Source: Wickerhamiella versatilis (taxonomy: Eukaryota). From it: a stretch of 64,000 nucleotides of DNA. Shown one piece after another: positions 32,224 to 42,396 of this stretch (position 1 is its first letter; every line of letters begins with the position of its first letter). The translations under genes were made by a program, and so were the position numbers. The notes beneath the pieces are model-generated. The model had not been told where the DNA came from. It worked only from the letters and a program-made list of their open reading frames with translations, and did no database searches. The DNA is taken from assembly GCA_030867685.1 (NCBI GenBank), contig JAQOWU010000008.1, positions 1,364,001 to 1,428,000 on the forward strand, given 5' to 3'.

Positions 32224-33411
32224 TCAAGAATTAATCCGTAACCTACGTAACCCCGTTTGAGACTCGGTTCTTTTCGGTATTTGTATAGTGGATTCTTCTT
32301 CACTTGGAGTAGTGGTACGAGTATCACCAGAACTTGATCTTGAGCTAGAGGAAAGAGCAAGTTGGGGAGCTGGGATACTTCGTGCTTCGCTATCGACGCC
32401 AAGAGAAAGGATCCGCTTCGAAGAAGGAGGGCTGATTTGATTACAGACCGCATGTCCTAGGAACTGACTGTTCCCCACATTATCAAGCTGTTTCTCATTA
32501 TGGGAGGCCACCCTCTGATTAAATTGTCGAATGACCTGTGGATCTATGGACCTCTGAGCTGAATCCACTAGCTGGGGACTTTCCAGGAAGCTATGAACAA
32601 GTCTCTCCAGAGAAAGCTTAAGAGCCCTATTATGGTTCTGAAGACTCTGCACTTCAAATTGCATAGTATTCATTTGCGTGTGGTCACTTGTTTCTTGAGG
32701 ACTTAGATTTTCTCCCGATTCATACTCTTCAGGTAAACATAAATCATCATTTAGACTCATACCACCAAGATCATCATGAATAGTATGATCAATTACAAGA
32801 TGCTGAATTGTCTCATTTTCCTGCTGAAGCCTTTGATTTACATTGCGTAGCTCAACCATCTCGTTCTGAATCTGTTCTTGTCGAGCCATTAGTTCTTTAA
32901 TCATCAGCTGATTTTGGTGCTTTTCGAGTCTGTCATAGGCAACTTGGACATTGTATTCTGCTGCTTGTGACTTCTGGCATTTACATGGGCTTTTCTGCTT
33001 GTGAGAAAGCCTCTTCATTTCTTTTTCCTGGTCTTTCAGCCTCTGCCTAAGATTACCGATTTCATCATTCAACTGAGCAACGGAGTTTAGCCAGCGGCTC
33101 TGCCCGTTTATATGGTCAGCAGTAACTTGTGCAATTTCGCTCTCCAATTGATGTATAGTTTGCTTTTTTTGCTTAATGTCTCGTCTCGCCGATTCTAACT
33201 CGGACTCCTTAAGAGTAAGATCTTCATCCAATTCGGACTGCACTCGTACTGCCTGTTCATACTTCGTAGAGCATTCTTTTATAGCCATCTGAAGGTTCAA
33301 ACGCTCTACTATCTCTTTCTCCAACGCTTCCTTGTGCGTCATTTCAGGAGGCGAGTGTGAAGAACCTGTTCCTGTCAGCGTCTCTGAGCATAGAGTTGTC
33401 TCCTGCTCCAT
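32224..33411 (-). CDS. Coiled-coil protein, possible C-terminal FIP-RBD-like motif
   Basis: Long heptad-rich E/K/Q region and EVQSLQNHNRALKLSLERLV motif. Confidence 0.6.
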   Translation of the reverse strand: MEQETTLCSETLTGTGSSHSPPEMTHKEALEKEIVERLNLQMAIKECSTKYEQAVRVQSELDEDLTLKESELESARRDIKQKKQTIHQLESEIAQVTADHINGQSRWLNSVAQLNDEIGNLRQRLKDQEKEMKRLSHKQKSPCKCQKSQAAEYNVQVAYDRLEKHQNQLMIKELMARQEQIQNEMVELRNVNQRLQQENETIQHLVIDHTIHDDLGGMSLNDDLCLPEEYESGENLSPQETSDHTQMNTMQFEVQSLQNHNRALKLSLERLVHSFLESPQLVDSAQRSIDPQVIRQFNQRVASHNEKQLDNVGNSQFLGHAVCNQISPPSSKRILSLGVDSEARSIPAPQLALSSSSRSSSGDTRTTTPSEEESTIQIPKRTESQTGLRRLRINS

Positions 33412-34007
33412 GCACACGTCCACTTGTTGTTGAGTAATGAAGAGGAGCTTGCAGGAATGTGTGATTTTCAACGTTACAGGTTCAAAATAACAACAACTTC
33501 ACGTAAGCATACAAGTATATGTTTCACGTATTGTGAAGCATATAGGAAATATTAATAGGCCATTCATAGATGTATTCAATTTCAAACAGAAATACAATAG
33601 TGCCTGCCATTATATGTGTCTAAACAGTATTATGAAAAAGGTATTATCTACCTTGCGTTTAGGGTTAAAAGTATCCGGGATCTTGGTTCCCGGGGGTATT
33701 TACAAGTTAGTCAGTCGAGATAGCTGATTTAGCTTCTAGAGTTACTTTTCTAATATGGCAATTCTTTTTTTCTTGTTAGTGTGTAAAAATTGTTTGTCAA
33801 GCATAACTATATACAGCACAGCACGATATCAAGTTGGAAATTATGCAGTCTTTTTTAGAGTCATATTCCTGGCAAATTTTTATTTTGCACAGCTAAAGGC
33901 ATGCAAATTTCTAAATTAGCAAGTTCATATATTTATAGTTTGGACATTATATGCTATATATAAGGTCTCATGACACCCATGTCTTCAAAGTATTGGAGGT
34001 TCGTCGG

Positions 34008-34016
34008 GTCACGTGA
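34008..34016. promoter_or_regulatory. bHLH (Cbf1/Tye7-type) E-box
   Basis: GTCACGTGA in the intergenic region upstream of the CTR gene. Confidence 0.45.
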
Positions 34017-34147
34017 TCAAATATCAGATTCCGACAATGTTTCTGGCACCACATCCGATATTGTCAAGTGGTCAGATTTAAACCTCGTGCAAATAATATA
34101 ATCCGTTATTTGTTTTTTCAAGCATTAATTACTTCCTCGTATTTTAT

Positions 34148-34192
34148 ATTGCTCAAATAATGCTCACGGGTCGGTAATGTAATTTGAGCAAA
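34148..34192. promoter_or_regulatory. Copper-response elements (CuRE, Mac1-type)
   Basis: ATTGCTCA (34148), AATGCTCA (34159) and TGAGCAAA (34185; reverse complement TTTGCTCA), 110-150 bp upstream of the Cu transporter ATG. Confidence 0.8.
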
Positions 34193-34299
34193 TTGATGCG
34201 CATTTAAGGTTAAGCCTTATTATATTAAACTTGGCCAACCTTCCCGGTTTACGTACCCCCAGACTAATTTCACCAACACTTTAAAGTAATTCTGAGGGC

Positions 34300-34935
34300 A
34301 TGGCAACAAATTCTATGAGTGGAATGTCAGGAATGGCTATGTCTGGTACGGCGAGCCCAACGACCATGAGCATGGCAACCGCATCTCCTACATCCACTAT
34401 GGACATGGGTGGCATGGACATGGGTGGCATGGACATGGGAAGTGGAGACTGCAAAGTCTCTATGCTCTGGAACTGGAATACCATCGATGCCTGCTTCATA
34501 TCGAGTAGCTGGCATATTGACACAGCTGGTCAGTTTGCTGGCACTTGCATAGGCGTTTTTGCTTGGGTTGTAGCCTTGCAAGCCTGGATGAGGCTTCACC
34601 GTGAGTATGACAGGTGGATTGTGAATCGTTGGTTTGCTAGAGGTAGCACCGAGGAAAAAACCGAGTCATATTCACCAGGCTCCCTAAAAACCATAGTAAG
34701 CCCCCAATATGGTGGTGTGCTTAAAGGATTCCGAGTATCTCTCCTTCAACAGCTAGTTCGTGCTGGGCTTTATTCTGTTGAATTTGGTGCAGGTTATCTG
34801 CTAATGCTTATGGCAATGTACTATAATGGCTACGTGCTTATATCAGGATTTATTGGAGCATTTGTTGGATACTTTTTATTTGGAAGTGATACTGTCGCAC
34901 ATAAGCCCGGTAGCACTTCGTCTGATTGCTGTTGA
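34300..34935 (+). CDS. High-affinity copper transporter (Ctr family)
   Basis: Met-rich N-terminus, CKVSMLWNWNTIDACF, MxxxM motif (LMLMAMYYNG), GxxxG and C-terminal CC. Confidence 0.93.
   Translation: MATNSMSGMSGMAMSGTASPTTMSMATASPTSTMDMGGMDMGGMDMGSGDCKVSMLWNWNTIDACFISSSWHIDTAGQFAGTCIGVFAWVVALQAWMRLHREYDRWIVNRWFARGSTEEKTESYSPGSLKTIVSPQYGGVLKGFRVSLLQQLVRAGLYSVEFGAGYLLMLMAMYYNGYVLISGFIGAFVGYFLFGSDTVAHKPGSTSSDCC
34399..34440 (+). repeat. 15-bp tandem repeat encoding Mets motifs (MDMGG)x2.8
   Basis: ATGGACATGGGTGGC twice, followed by ATGGACATGGGA. Confidence 0.9.
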
Positions 34936-35115
34936 ACTTGTCTAAGACAACCTTTACGTTTATAACTTTTACCTTCGACGGGCTCCATGACCCTGAAAAA
35001 GAAATGCAGCTCATGTGATTGAATGAATATAATTAAGAGTCATATAAAATTCATGTAACCTTCCACCTAGAAGCCCTCAAAATTACCACCAGGCACTTGA
35101 TATGCTGTGTCAGCC

Positions 35116-36228
35116 ATGGCAGTAAGAAATGCTTTGATTCAGGCGATAAATCTCCGCGGCCCTCTTTCACTGGCACACTATATGCGTCTTTGTCTAACGC
35201 ATCCTACAGAGGGTTATTATTCGAACAGAGATCCATTTGGGTCTAAAGGTGACTTTATCACGTCACCAGAGATATCTCAAATGTTCGGCGAGCTCACAGG
35301 AATCAATATTTTAAGTCAGTGGATAAATATAGGCCAACCGAAAAACTTTCGTATTGTCGAGTTTGGACCGGGACGTGGAACAATGCTCGATGACCTTTTA
35401 AGGGCCGCAAAAGCATTCCCGAACTTTTTTAAGTCCCTTGAGGAAATCATGCTTGTGGAGTCATCCCCAAAACTTCAAGAAATTCAGGAGAAAAAGCTTG
35501 GCGTTTATAAAAAAAAACTTAATTGGTACAATCTAGCGAAGGAACTTCCTAGAGATGGAAAACCCACCTTTATCATCGCTCACGAGTTCTTTGATGCTCT
35601 TCCAATCCACCAATTTGAGCGCACAGAAACTGGATGGCGCGAAAGGCTCGTAACTAATGATGACAATGGCCAGTTTAAGTTGATTTTAGGTCCTCCTCGT
35701 TCAGTATTCGGTAGAATATTGGAAAACCAAGCAAGGTTTCAAAACTTGCCAACATCTTCTCAAATAGAAGTATGCCCACAAGCCTGGGATATTGCTAAGG
35801 AGCTTTCCTCCATCTTATTAGCCAACTCGGGTGGCTTGCTAATAATGGACTATGGGCCGTCAACAACAATACCGATAAACACATTCCGTGGGTTCAAAGA
35901 CCATAAGCAAGTTTCCCCATTCGAAGTTGAGCCAGGATCAGCTGATCTAACTGCAGATGTGGATTTCAAGGCTTTATCAGACATTTTCAGTCAACATAAG
36001 TTAAGGGTGGATGGCCCTGTTACTCAAAGGCATTGGCTTCATGAAATGGGTATTGGGGCGCGAGCTACAATTTTGTATAACAATCAAAGGTCAGAAACTG
36101 GCCGCCAACGCATTGCATCCGCGTACTCACGACTGGTCGACCCAGTAGGTATGGGTAAAACATATAAAATTATGGGTGTGTCCAATCAAAAGCAACCTAT
36201 TGTAGGCTTTGAGACGACAACTACATAG
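35116..36228 (+). CDS. NDUFAF7/MidA-type SAM-dependent protein arginine methyltransferase
   Basis: GYYS..DPFGSKGDFITSPEISQMFGE, EFGPGRGT, AHEFFDALP, DYG and PGSADLTADVDF. Confidence 0.92.
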   Translation: MAVRNALIQAINLRGPLSLAHYMRLCLTHPTEGYYSNRDPFGSKGDFITSPEISQMFGELTGINILSQWINIGQPKNFRIVEFGPGRGTMLDDLLRAAKAFPNFFKSLEEIMLVESSPKLQEIQEKKLGVYKKKLNWYNLAKELPRDGKPTFIIAHEFFDALPIHQFERTETGWRERLVTNDDNGQFKLILGPPRSVFGRILENQARFQNLPTSSQIEVCPQAWDIAKELSSILLANSGGLLIMDYGPSTTIPINTFRGFKDHKQVSPFEVEPGSADLTADVDFKALSDIFSQHKLRVDGPVTQRHWLHEMGIGARATILYNNQRSETGRQRIASAYSRLVDPVGMGKTYKIMGVSNQKQPIVGFETTTT

Positions 36229-37028
36229 TGGTCTAAGAGCAAATGCATTTCTTCCACTTCATCAAGAAATTCCAAACGTGAGATACGAGTTTTTTCGAGC
36301 ATAGCCATATTCATATACTCTTCTAGAATAGTGCGGGCAAATATATTCTCAAAGCCAGCCTTCTGTAGTCGTAAGATATGATCTCTTGGTTCTAGTAATT
36401 CATGGAAAGATTGCATATTGAGACCGCGACATACCAGGTTCTCTGCCATTACTTCGCCAAATTGATCACCACGGATCACGGGCTCATAAAGGACAGCCCA
36501 AGGATGCTGAAAGTGTTCCGGGAACCATGATAGAACCTTTAGAGCTGCTTCTGGACTGAGATAACACATGCAGCATTCAGATATCACCAATACTGGCGTG
36601 TCGCGAGGGGGGAGCCCCTCTGGTGAAAAGTTTCTTAGATCTATTGCATGGCAATGGTATTTATCATGCTGCAATTCAGGATGCGCGTTAATAATGGCAA
36701 GTTTCTTGTCGACTTTTATCTTGAAATCAAACTCATGGTACTCAACATTCTTATGTCGAGAGAGAATATGAAAAGCACGCGTGTCAGATCCAGAACCTAG
36801 GGAAATAATAGCTCGATTGGGCAAAGACTTTGAAAAATCAAGAAACTCATCCACAACCGCATCGATACTTCTTACTCTGCAGTAAGTCCCTATATTGATC
36901 AGTGGCAGGCGGGGACGGGGCTTTGCCGCGAAGAATTGCATGTATTCATCCTTGTAATACCCCTTCAAAATCGCGGAGTATTTCGAGGCGGCGGCATCAT
37001 CATCAGTTTTCCTGATGGCCCTGTCCAT
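36186..37028 (-). CDS. PPM1: Leucine carboxyl methyltransferase (PP2A methyltransferase)
   Basis: TDDDAAASK, PLINIGTYCR, SLGSGSDTR, ISECCMCYL and LEFLDEVEE..LLLDHY. Confidence 0.92.
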   Translation of the reverse strand: MDRAIRKTDDDAAASKYSAILKGYYKDEYMQFFAAKPRPRLPLINIGTYCRVRSIDAVVDEFLDFSKSLPNRAIISLGSGSDTRAFHILSRHKNVEYHEFDFKIKVDKKLAIINAHPELQHDKYHCHAIDLRNFSPEGLPPRDTPVLVISECCMCYLSPEAALKVLSWFPEHFQHPWAVLYEPVIRGDQFGEVMAENLVCRGLNMQSFHELLEPRDHILRLQKAGFENIFARTILEEYMNMAMLEKTRISRLEFLDEVEEMHLLLDHYVVVVSKPTIGCF

Positions 37029-37426
37029 GTAAGCGGGGGAAGTCAAAAAGAGAGACAAGGGCAGTTACAGCATTTCTAATAGAAGAATTCGTATAAAAGA
37101 TATAATCTAAATGGTCAGCTATTATTTGTTACATTCCCAGTTAATTCTTTTGTTCTTCATCTGTCATTTTTTTCATTCGAGCCTTAGTCTTAGTCTTAGG
37201 GTTATCTGAAAACGAGCTCTACTGTATACTTGAACTCCATATAAGTTTAGGTCAATTTAATGACGCATGGTATGTAATTTAACTTTTCATAAACTTACAC
37301 CATGCACGGCTCATATGTTACCGGTATCAGTGAGGACTTGACAGTTCGCAGTAAACGCCAAGTTTCCAGATTACCCCAACCCTGAAAGGTAAATGAGTAA
37401 TTCCTCGAAGTGAAAGGTTCATCATC

Positions 37427-38488
37427 ATGACAATTAAAGCTGGTGTATTGGGTGCCACTGGTAGTGTAGGCCAGAGGTTTATTTTGCTTCTCTCAGAAAA
37501 TCCTGATTTTGAAATCGTGTCTCTGGGAGCTAGCGAAAGAAGCTCAGGTAAGGTCTATTCTTCAGTGACAGCCTGGAAACAAGGCTCTTATATTCCACCT
37601 GAGGCCGGATCGTTGACTGTACATACTTGTGATCCAGTCCACTTCAAAGGTTGTGATGTTGTTTTCTCGGGGCTAGACTCTTCTGTTGCAGGGGATATCG
37701 AGCGGGACTTTGTCGAGGCAGGACTTAATGTCATTTCCAACTCAAAGAATTATCGACAGCACCCTGAGGTACCCCTAGTAGTACCTACGGCAAATCCAGA
37801 GCATCTGGATGCTATCAAATATCGCAAATCCTCAAATAAGGGATTGCATGTGTGTATTTCAAATTGTTCCACTGCAGGGATTGTTGTGCCCCTACGTGCA
37901 CTGCAGGATGCGTTTGGGCCGATATCACATGTTGAGGTCACAACATTGCAGGCTATTAGTGGTGCAGGTTTCAGCCCCGGTGTGGGCGGGATGGACATAA
38001 TCGACAATCTTGTTCCGTATATCAGTGGAGAGGAGGATAAGATCGAGCGCGAACCTCGTAAAATCCTTGGAACAACCGAAGATGGAAAATTCTTTGAAAT
38101 CCCAGCCGAAGAGATGAAGATATCTGCTACTTGTACCAGAGTTCCTGTCATCGATGGTCATGTTTCTTCTATTGCAGTAAAATTCGCCAATGCCCATCCC
38201 TCAGTAGAGGAAGTCAAACAGGCTTTAAAGTCTTATAAGACAGAGGCGCAAGCACTTAAGTGCACAAGTGCACCTAGTTCTGCTATAGCAGTTCTTGAAC
38301 AGCCTGACAGACCCCAACCACGTCTTGATCGAGACCTCGGTAAAGGCTTCACTGTCTCAGTGGGACGTATTCGTGAGGACTCCGTGTTGGACACCAAATT
38401 TGTAAGTTTATCGCATAACACTGTTCTTGGGGCAGCTGGGTCAGGAATTCTGATTGCCGAAATATTGAAGGCTAAGAACCTTTTGTGA
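37427..38488 (+). CDS. HOM2: Aspartate-semialdehyde dehydrogenase
   Basis: GVLGATGSVGQRF, SNCSTAG, TTLQAISGAG and SHNTVLGAAG. Confidence 0.97.
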   Translation: MTIKAGVLGATGSVGQRFILLLSENPDFEIVSLGASERSSGKVYSSVTAWKQGSYIPPEAGSLTVHTCDPVHFKGCDVVFSGLDSSVAGDIERDFVEAGLNVISNSKNYRQHPEVPLVVPTANPEHLDAIKYRKSSNKGLHVCISNCSTAGIVVPLRALQDAFGPISHVEVTTLQAISGAGFSPGVGGMDIIDNLVPYISGEEDKIEREPRKILGTTEDGKFFEIPAEEMKISATCTRVPVIDGHVSSIAVKFANAHPSVEEVKQALKSYKTEAQALKCTSAPSSAIAVLEQPDRPQPRLDRDLGKGFTVSVGRIREDSVLDTKFVSLSHNTVLGAAGSGILIAEILKAKNLL

Positions 38489-38813
38489 TGCTGCAAAAGT
38501 TTCGTACATTAAATTTAAAGGTGTCTAGGTATTTGGTTTTTTAAATACAAGGTTCTCTCTCCTATGTTTCTGTAGTGGAGACCTGGAAACATATTGAGTG
38601 CCCTAGTTAATCTTATTCCCTCTTATTGAGCAGTCAGCTTATGTTTCGATCTTGTCTATCACCGTTCATCATGAAAAAATAAAACCTTAAAGTAATGCTA
38701 TATATTAGAAAAAAATACGACCATAGATATGGTTGGTTGTTTTGTCCATATGTTATCGTAGCAAATTATGATGTCATCATTTTTGACAGTTGTCAGACTG
38801 GAAACTTCGTGAT

Positions 38814-39182
38814 ATGGATTTAGACGGGTTGGCAGCAGCAATTGAGGAGGATATGTACTGCGTTCGTCAGTCCGGTATTTTAAAGATCATTCAGGAAGAA
38901 CCTTGCGGTATATATGACATTATTCCATGGGCCGCAGACCCTAAAGTTCCGGTACTCTACTTTCAATTATACGAGGAAGGCTCGCCACTCCATCCTGGCA
39001 AAATATTGGAGAAAATTCCTGAAGAAGCTCGGAAGTGGGCAAGCCAAACCATGCATCCTATTTCCAACTTACCTGTCATGCATTTTCATCCTTGCCAAAC
39101 CCAGGAATGGCTCTCAATAACAGGTGGCGACTGGCTACTTTGGCTTCAATATTTTGGCAGGTCTGCAGGCCTTCATATTTAA
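38814..39182 (+). CDS. ATG10: Atg10-like E2 conjugating enzyme (short)
   Basis: VPVLYF, SQTMHP and catalytic HPC motif (FHPCQTQEWL), then LLWLQYFG. Start codon uncertain. Confidence 0.7.
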   Translation: MDLDGLAAAIEEDMYCVRQSGILKIIQEEPCGIYDIIPWAADPKVPVLYFQLYEEGSPLHPGKILEKIPEEARKWASQTMHPISNLPVMHFHPCQTQEWLSITGGDWLLWLQYFGRSAGLHI

Positions 39183-39547
39183 CACTGTGATGAGAGAGCC
39201 CTTATTCTTGTCAATTCAGCTCGTTCTGACGTAGACTTTGCGAAAGAGAGATCTAGCTTTTGACCCAAAAAAGTCTTCCCTTGGAGACGTTCTAATGCTG
39301 ATTGTGCAGCTCCAGGGTTTCCAAATGATACAAATGCTCTACCTCTCAGTTTCATGCGATGTGCGTTGATCGCAATGACATGCCCATAAGAACTGAACAG
39401 TAAGTAGAGTGCGATTTTAAGATCGGAAGTTGACGTGCTTGAATTCAGATTAGTTACGTATATCGTACTATCGCTGTGATTTTTGTCGCCAACATGGCGC
39501 CGCTTGTTATCTGCCTTGGCTTGAGGGCTCTTGGATGTACGTTTCAT
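39179..39547 (-). CDS. MSL1: U2B''/U1A-family RRM snRNP protein
   Basis: TIYVTNLN...LKIALYLLFSSYGHVIAI...KLRGRAFVSF...LSFAKSTS single RRM. An upstream in-frame ATG exists at 39592. Confidence 0.8.
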   Translation of the reverse strand: MKRTSKSPQAKADNKRRHVGDKNHSDSTIYVTNLNSSTSTSDLKIALYLLFSSYGHVIAINAHRMKLRGRAFVSFGNPGAAQSALERLQGKTFLGQKLDLSFAKSTSERAELTRIRALSSQC

Positions 39548-39590
39548 AAGCAGAAGTGGTAACTTGTAATCGACTTGTGTATAGGTTGTC

Positions 39591-40256
39591 ATGGAGGCAT
39601 TCAGTAAACTTCATGGGAGTGCTCGTTCACTAGAGTCAGTGTGTGACACCCTTCTTGCTGAGTATGCTGAGTTTGCTGAGAACCCGCCTCTTGATTCTTC
39701 GCCAAGCGACTTGGTAGCTGCATCGATTGAGAAAAACATTGCTGAAAGAGCAACACTCACTGATCAGTTATACGTACTTGCGCGCCAATCTCCGGAAGTT
39801 CGTGCGCTCGGACAAGCACAGAGGCATGCAGAGCTTTTAGATGATCAGAAGACTTCTTTCCGACGTCTTAGTGTTGCTTTATCTCAGGAACGGTCCAGGC
39901 GTACTTTGCTCTCCAGTGTTCGGTCTGATATTAGTGCACATCGTACTGCTGCCCATAATGCTACAGATGATGGCGGTATCGATGCGAATGCCTACTATTC
40001 AGCAGAATCACGTAGAGTGGAGGGCGCTCACTCGTTGGCAGACTCACTTTTGGCACGCGCATATGAGGCAAGAGCTGAGCTTGTCCGGCAACAAACTACA
40101 ATTGCTGATGTTCAACGTCGAATTTTCCGTGCATTAAGCCATGTGCCCAGCTTGAACACCTTAATATCCAAGATCAATACACGGCAGAAAAGAAATTCAT
40201 TAATTCTGGCCGCAATTATAACTGTGGGGCTGCTATTTCTGTTTTTCGTTCGGTGA
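39591..40256 (+). CDS. GOS1: Golgi v-SNARE Gos1
   Basis: ARSLE, QRHAELL, ER.R..LLSSVRSDI, VPSLNTLISKINTRQKRNSLILA and a C-terminal TM. Confidence 0.9.
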   Translation: MEAFSKLHGSARSLESVCDTLLAEYAEFAENPPLDSSPSDLVAASIEKNIAERATLTDQLYVLARQSPEVRALGQAQRHAELLDDQKTSFRRLSVALSQERSRRTLLSSVRSDISAHRTAAHNATDDGGIDANAYYSAESRRVEGAHSLADSLLARAYEARAELVRQQTTIADVQRRIFRALSHVPSLNTLISKINTRQKRNSLILAAIITVGLLFLFFVR

Positions 40257-40409
40257 ATACATAAAATGACAAGATAGTTACGAACAAATGCTTGTAGCCT
40301 AAAATATATACGATAAATGGTGTGCTACAGAGGAAATTTTGAAACATCTTTGGCAATAAATCAAAATATCATTATTTAACTATCGGTCAATGATCCTTTT
40401 TTTTTGAGT

Positions 40410-42293
40410 TTAGAGGATGGAGTCAGGTTTAGTTGCGCTTTGCCAATGTGGGAAGAAAAAGTCTGGATACAGAAGTTTTCGCTGCTCTGTAAATCTTGAG
40501 GCTATGGTGACCGCATCCACGACACAATCACTTACTCCCACTCCTCTACCAACGGCCATACCTGCAATCCTCACACGATTGCCATAAACGGCGGCAACTT
40601 CGTCGTGAATTTTCTGGGTCAATTCACTATGTCCAACTTCGGGCTGAGGTATACAGTTTTTTTGTACAGATACCTTCACAACCGCCTTATCTGTGTCAAA
40701 CTCACCGACAATACGCCTTAATGCATTGAGAGCGCTATTCTTGGCTTCCAGATCTGACATATCTGTCCAGAGGTCGCCTCCAATCATTACCGTCATTGAT
40801 GACCCTTTTTTTTCAGGCATAACAATTTCTTGGGCCAGTGGTTGCATGGCTTTTTGAACACTTGAGTCAAATATAATGCCAAGTGCTTTCTCAGGATTTC
40901 TTTCATCCTCCGTCCTAGGAACTAGAATACCAAACCAATCTTTTGCAATTGGCTCTGGCGTCCATACGTTCACCACAGCGAGGGTGGAATATTTGATCTC
41001 CTTAAGAAGTTTTGCAACATCTGTCGAATACAATTTCGGATTTGTGGTAGTGGAAACGAGGATATCTGCTTTGACATTGTTCTGATTGACTTTTATGTTG
41101 ACCCCATGAGAGCAAGGTTCGATGTTACTGACAGTAGTATCCAGATGAATACGAACATTTTTACGAGATGAAAGATCATCAGCTATCGCTTTTGGTAAGG
41201 TCTGGATACCTTCCGGAAAGCCCAAAATGCTAAACCGGCTGCAATCGACCCCAGAATTTTCGCTTGATATCAACGACCTGAATAGCCTCTTCAATGCTTC
41301 ATTAGGATAAGAATCGAGGTATTTCATACTTCCAGAGGCTATTGCACCAATAATACCCATGTGTTCAGCTCGTTCAAGGTAATATAATTTAGAAAGCCTG
41401 GCAACGGACCTGGCGCTCAATTTAGAAATATCACCCGCATAGATTCCACGAAGCATGGCACTAAATACTCTCTCAGATATTTTTTTGCCTAGTCTTCGAC
41501 TAATGAAACTTTCGACCGATTCATCGTTTACGGACGGTGAACGTGCTGGTATAAACAAATCTTTCAGGGCTCTCAACTTTGCCCCATAAAGCAGAGGAGT
41601 GTGCCTCAGAAACGTAAAAGTTTCCCGTAAGCTAGATGGGAGCTTAATAGTGTTTCCTCCGTAATATAAACCCTTGCGATTCGTTGGTGACGTCTTAGGC
41701 ACGCCCGCAATGATGTCAAGCCTTTTCAAATATTTCAGCATGTCAGTTAAAATAGTTGTACCGACATGTGATGGAAGCAATGTGCGTGGACCAGCTTCCC
41801 AGGTGTTGTTTTGGGGCCCTTGGTAAGACTGCATCCATCCCCCCACAGCGTGGTTTGTATCGAACAATTCGATTTTCACGTCAGGTCTAGCATGGCTTAA
41901 AGTCCAGGCAAGAACAAGACCTGTTATTCCTGCCCCAACAATTGCGATTTTGTCTCCTTTTTCGAGGTTTTCAAGTCCTAATTGCCGGGTCTCATCATTG
42001 TACGATAGGTTTGTCCAATCATCGATTTTTTCATGCTGAAGCTTTCTTAATTGACGAATATTGCCACTACTCTTCGATTTATTATCAAGCTCTTGAGGTT
42101 TGTCTTTGGTGGAAACTTGTTGGGACTGTCGTGAAGGTCTCTGGAGATAAGGCCCATCAGCAGGAGGTTTCTCAAGCTCCAGCACACTCAGCCAACTTCT
42201 GTCATTAACCCTTGTCTTTGGGATTGAGCGGCCACTCAGAAGTCCTCCAGAAGGACGACTGAGGCTGCCGATTTTCAGACCACCAAATTTCAT
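40410..42293 (-). CDS. HEM14: Protoporphyrinogen oxidase
   Basis: IAIVGAGITG FAD motif, GGWMQS, EAGPRTL, DESVESFISRRLG, RGIYAGDISKLS, FGILVP and GVGVSDCV. Confidence 0.9.
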   Translation of the reverse strand: MKFGGLKIGSLSRPSGGLLSGRSIPKTRVNDRSWLSVLELEKPPADGPYLQRPSRQSQQVSTKDKPQELDNKSKSSGNIRQLRKLQHEKIDDWTNLSYNDETRQLGLENLEKGDKIAIVGAGITGLVLAWTLSHARPDVKIELFDTNHAVGGWMQSYQGPQNNTWEAGPRTLLPSHVGTTILTDMLKYLKRLDIIAGVPKTSPTNRKGLYYGGNTIKLPSSLRETFTFLRHTPLLYGAKLRALKDLFIPARSPSVNDESVESFISRRLGKKISERVFSAMLRGIYAGDISKLSARSVARLSKLYYLERAEHMGIIGAIASGSMKYLDSYPNEALKRLFRSLISSENSGVDCSRFSILGFPEGIQTLPKAIADDLSSRKNVRIHLDTTVSNIEPCSHGVNIKVNQNNVKADILVSTTTNPKLYSTDVAKLLKEIKYSTLAVVNVWTPEPIAKDWFGILVPRTEDERNPEKALGIIFDSSVQKAMQPLAQEIVMPEKKGSSMTVMIGGDLWTDMSDLEAKNSALNALRRIVGEFDTDKAVVKVSVQKNCIPQPEVGHSELTQKIHDEVAAVYGNRVRIAGMAVGRGVGVSDCVVDAVTIASRFTEQRKLLYPDFFFPHWQSATKPDSIL

Positions 42294-42396
42294 GAGGTAA
42301 GGGTGTTGAGTAGGCTATTTCATCGCATCCAGCATACGAGCAAAACTAGTCAACTATACACTATATATTAAAATGGATTATGTTAGGAAATTTTAA

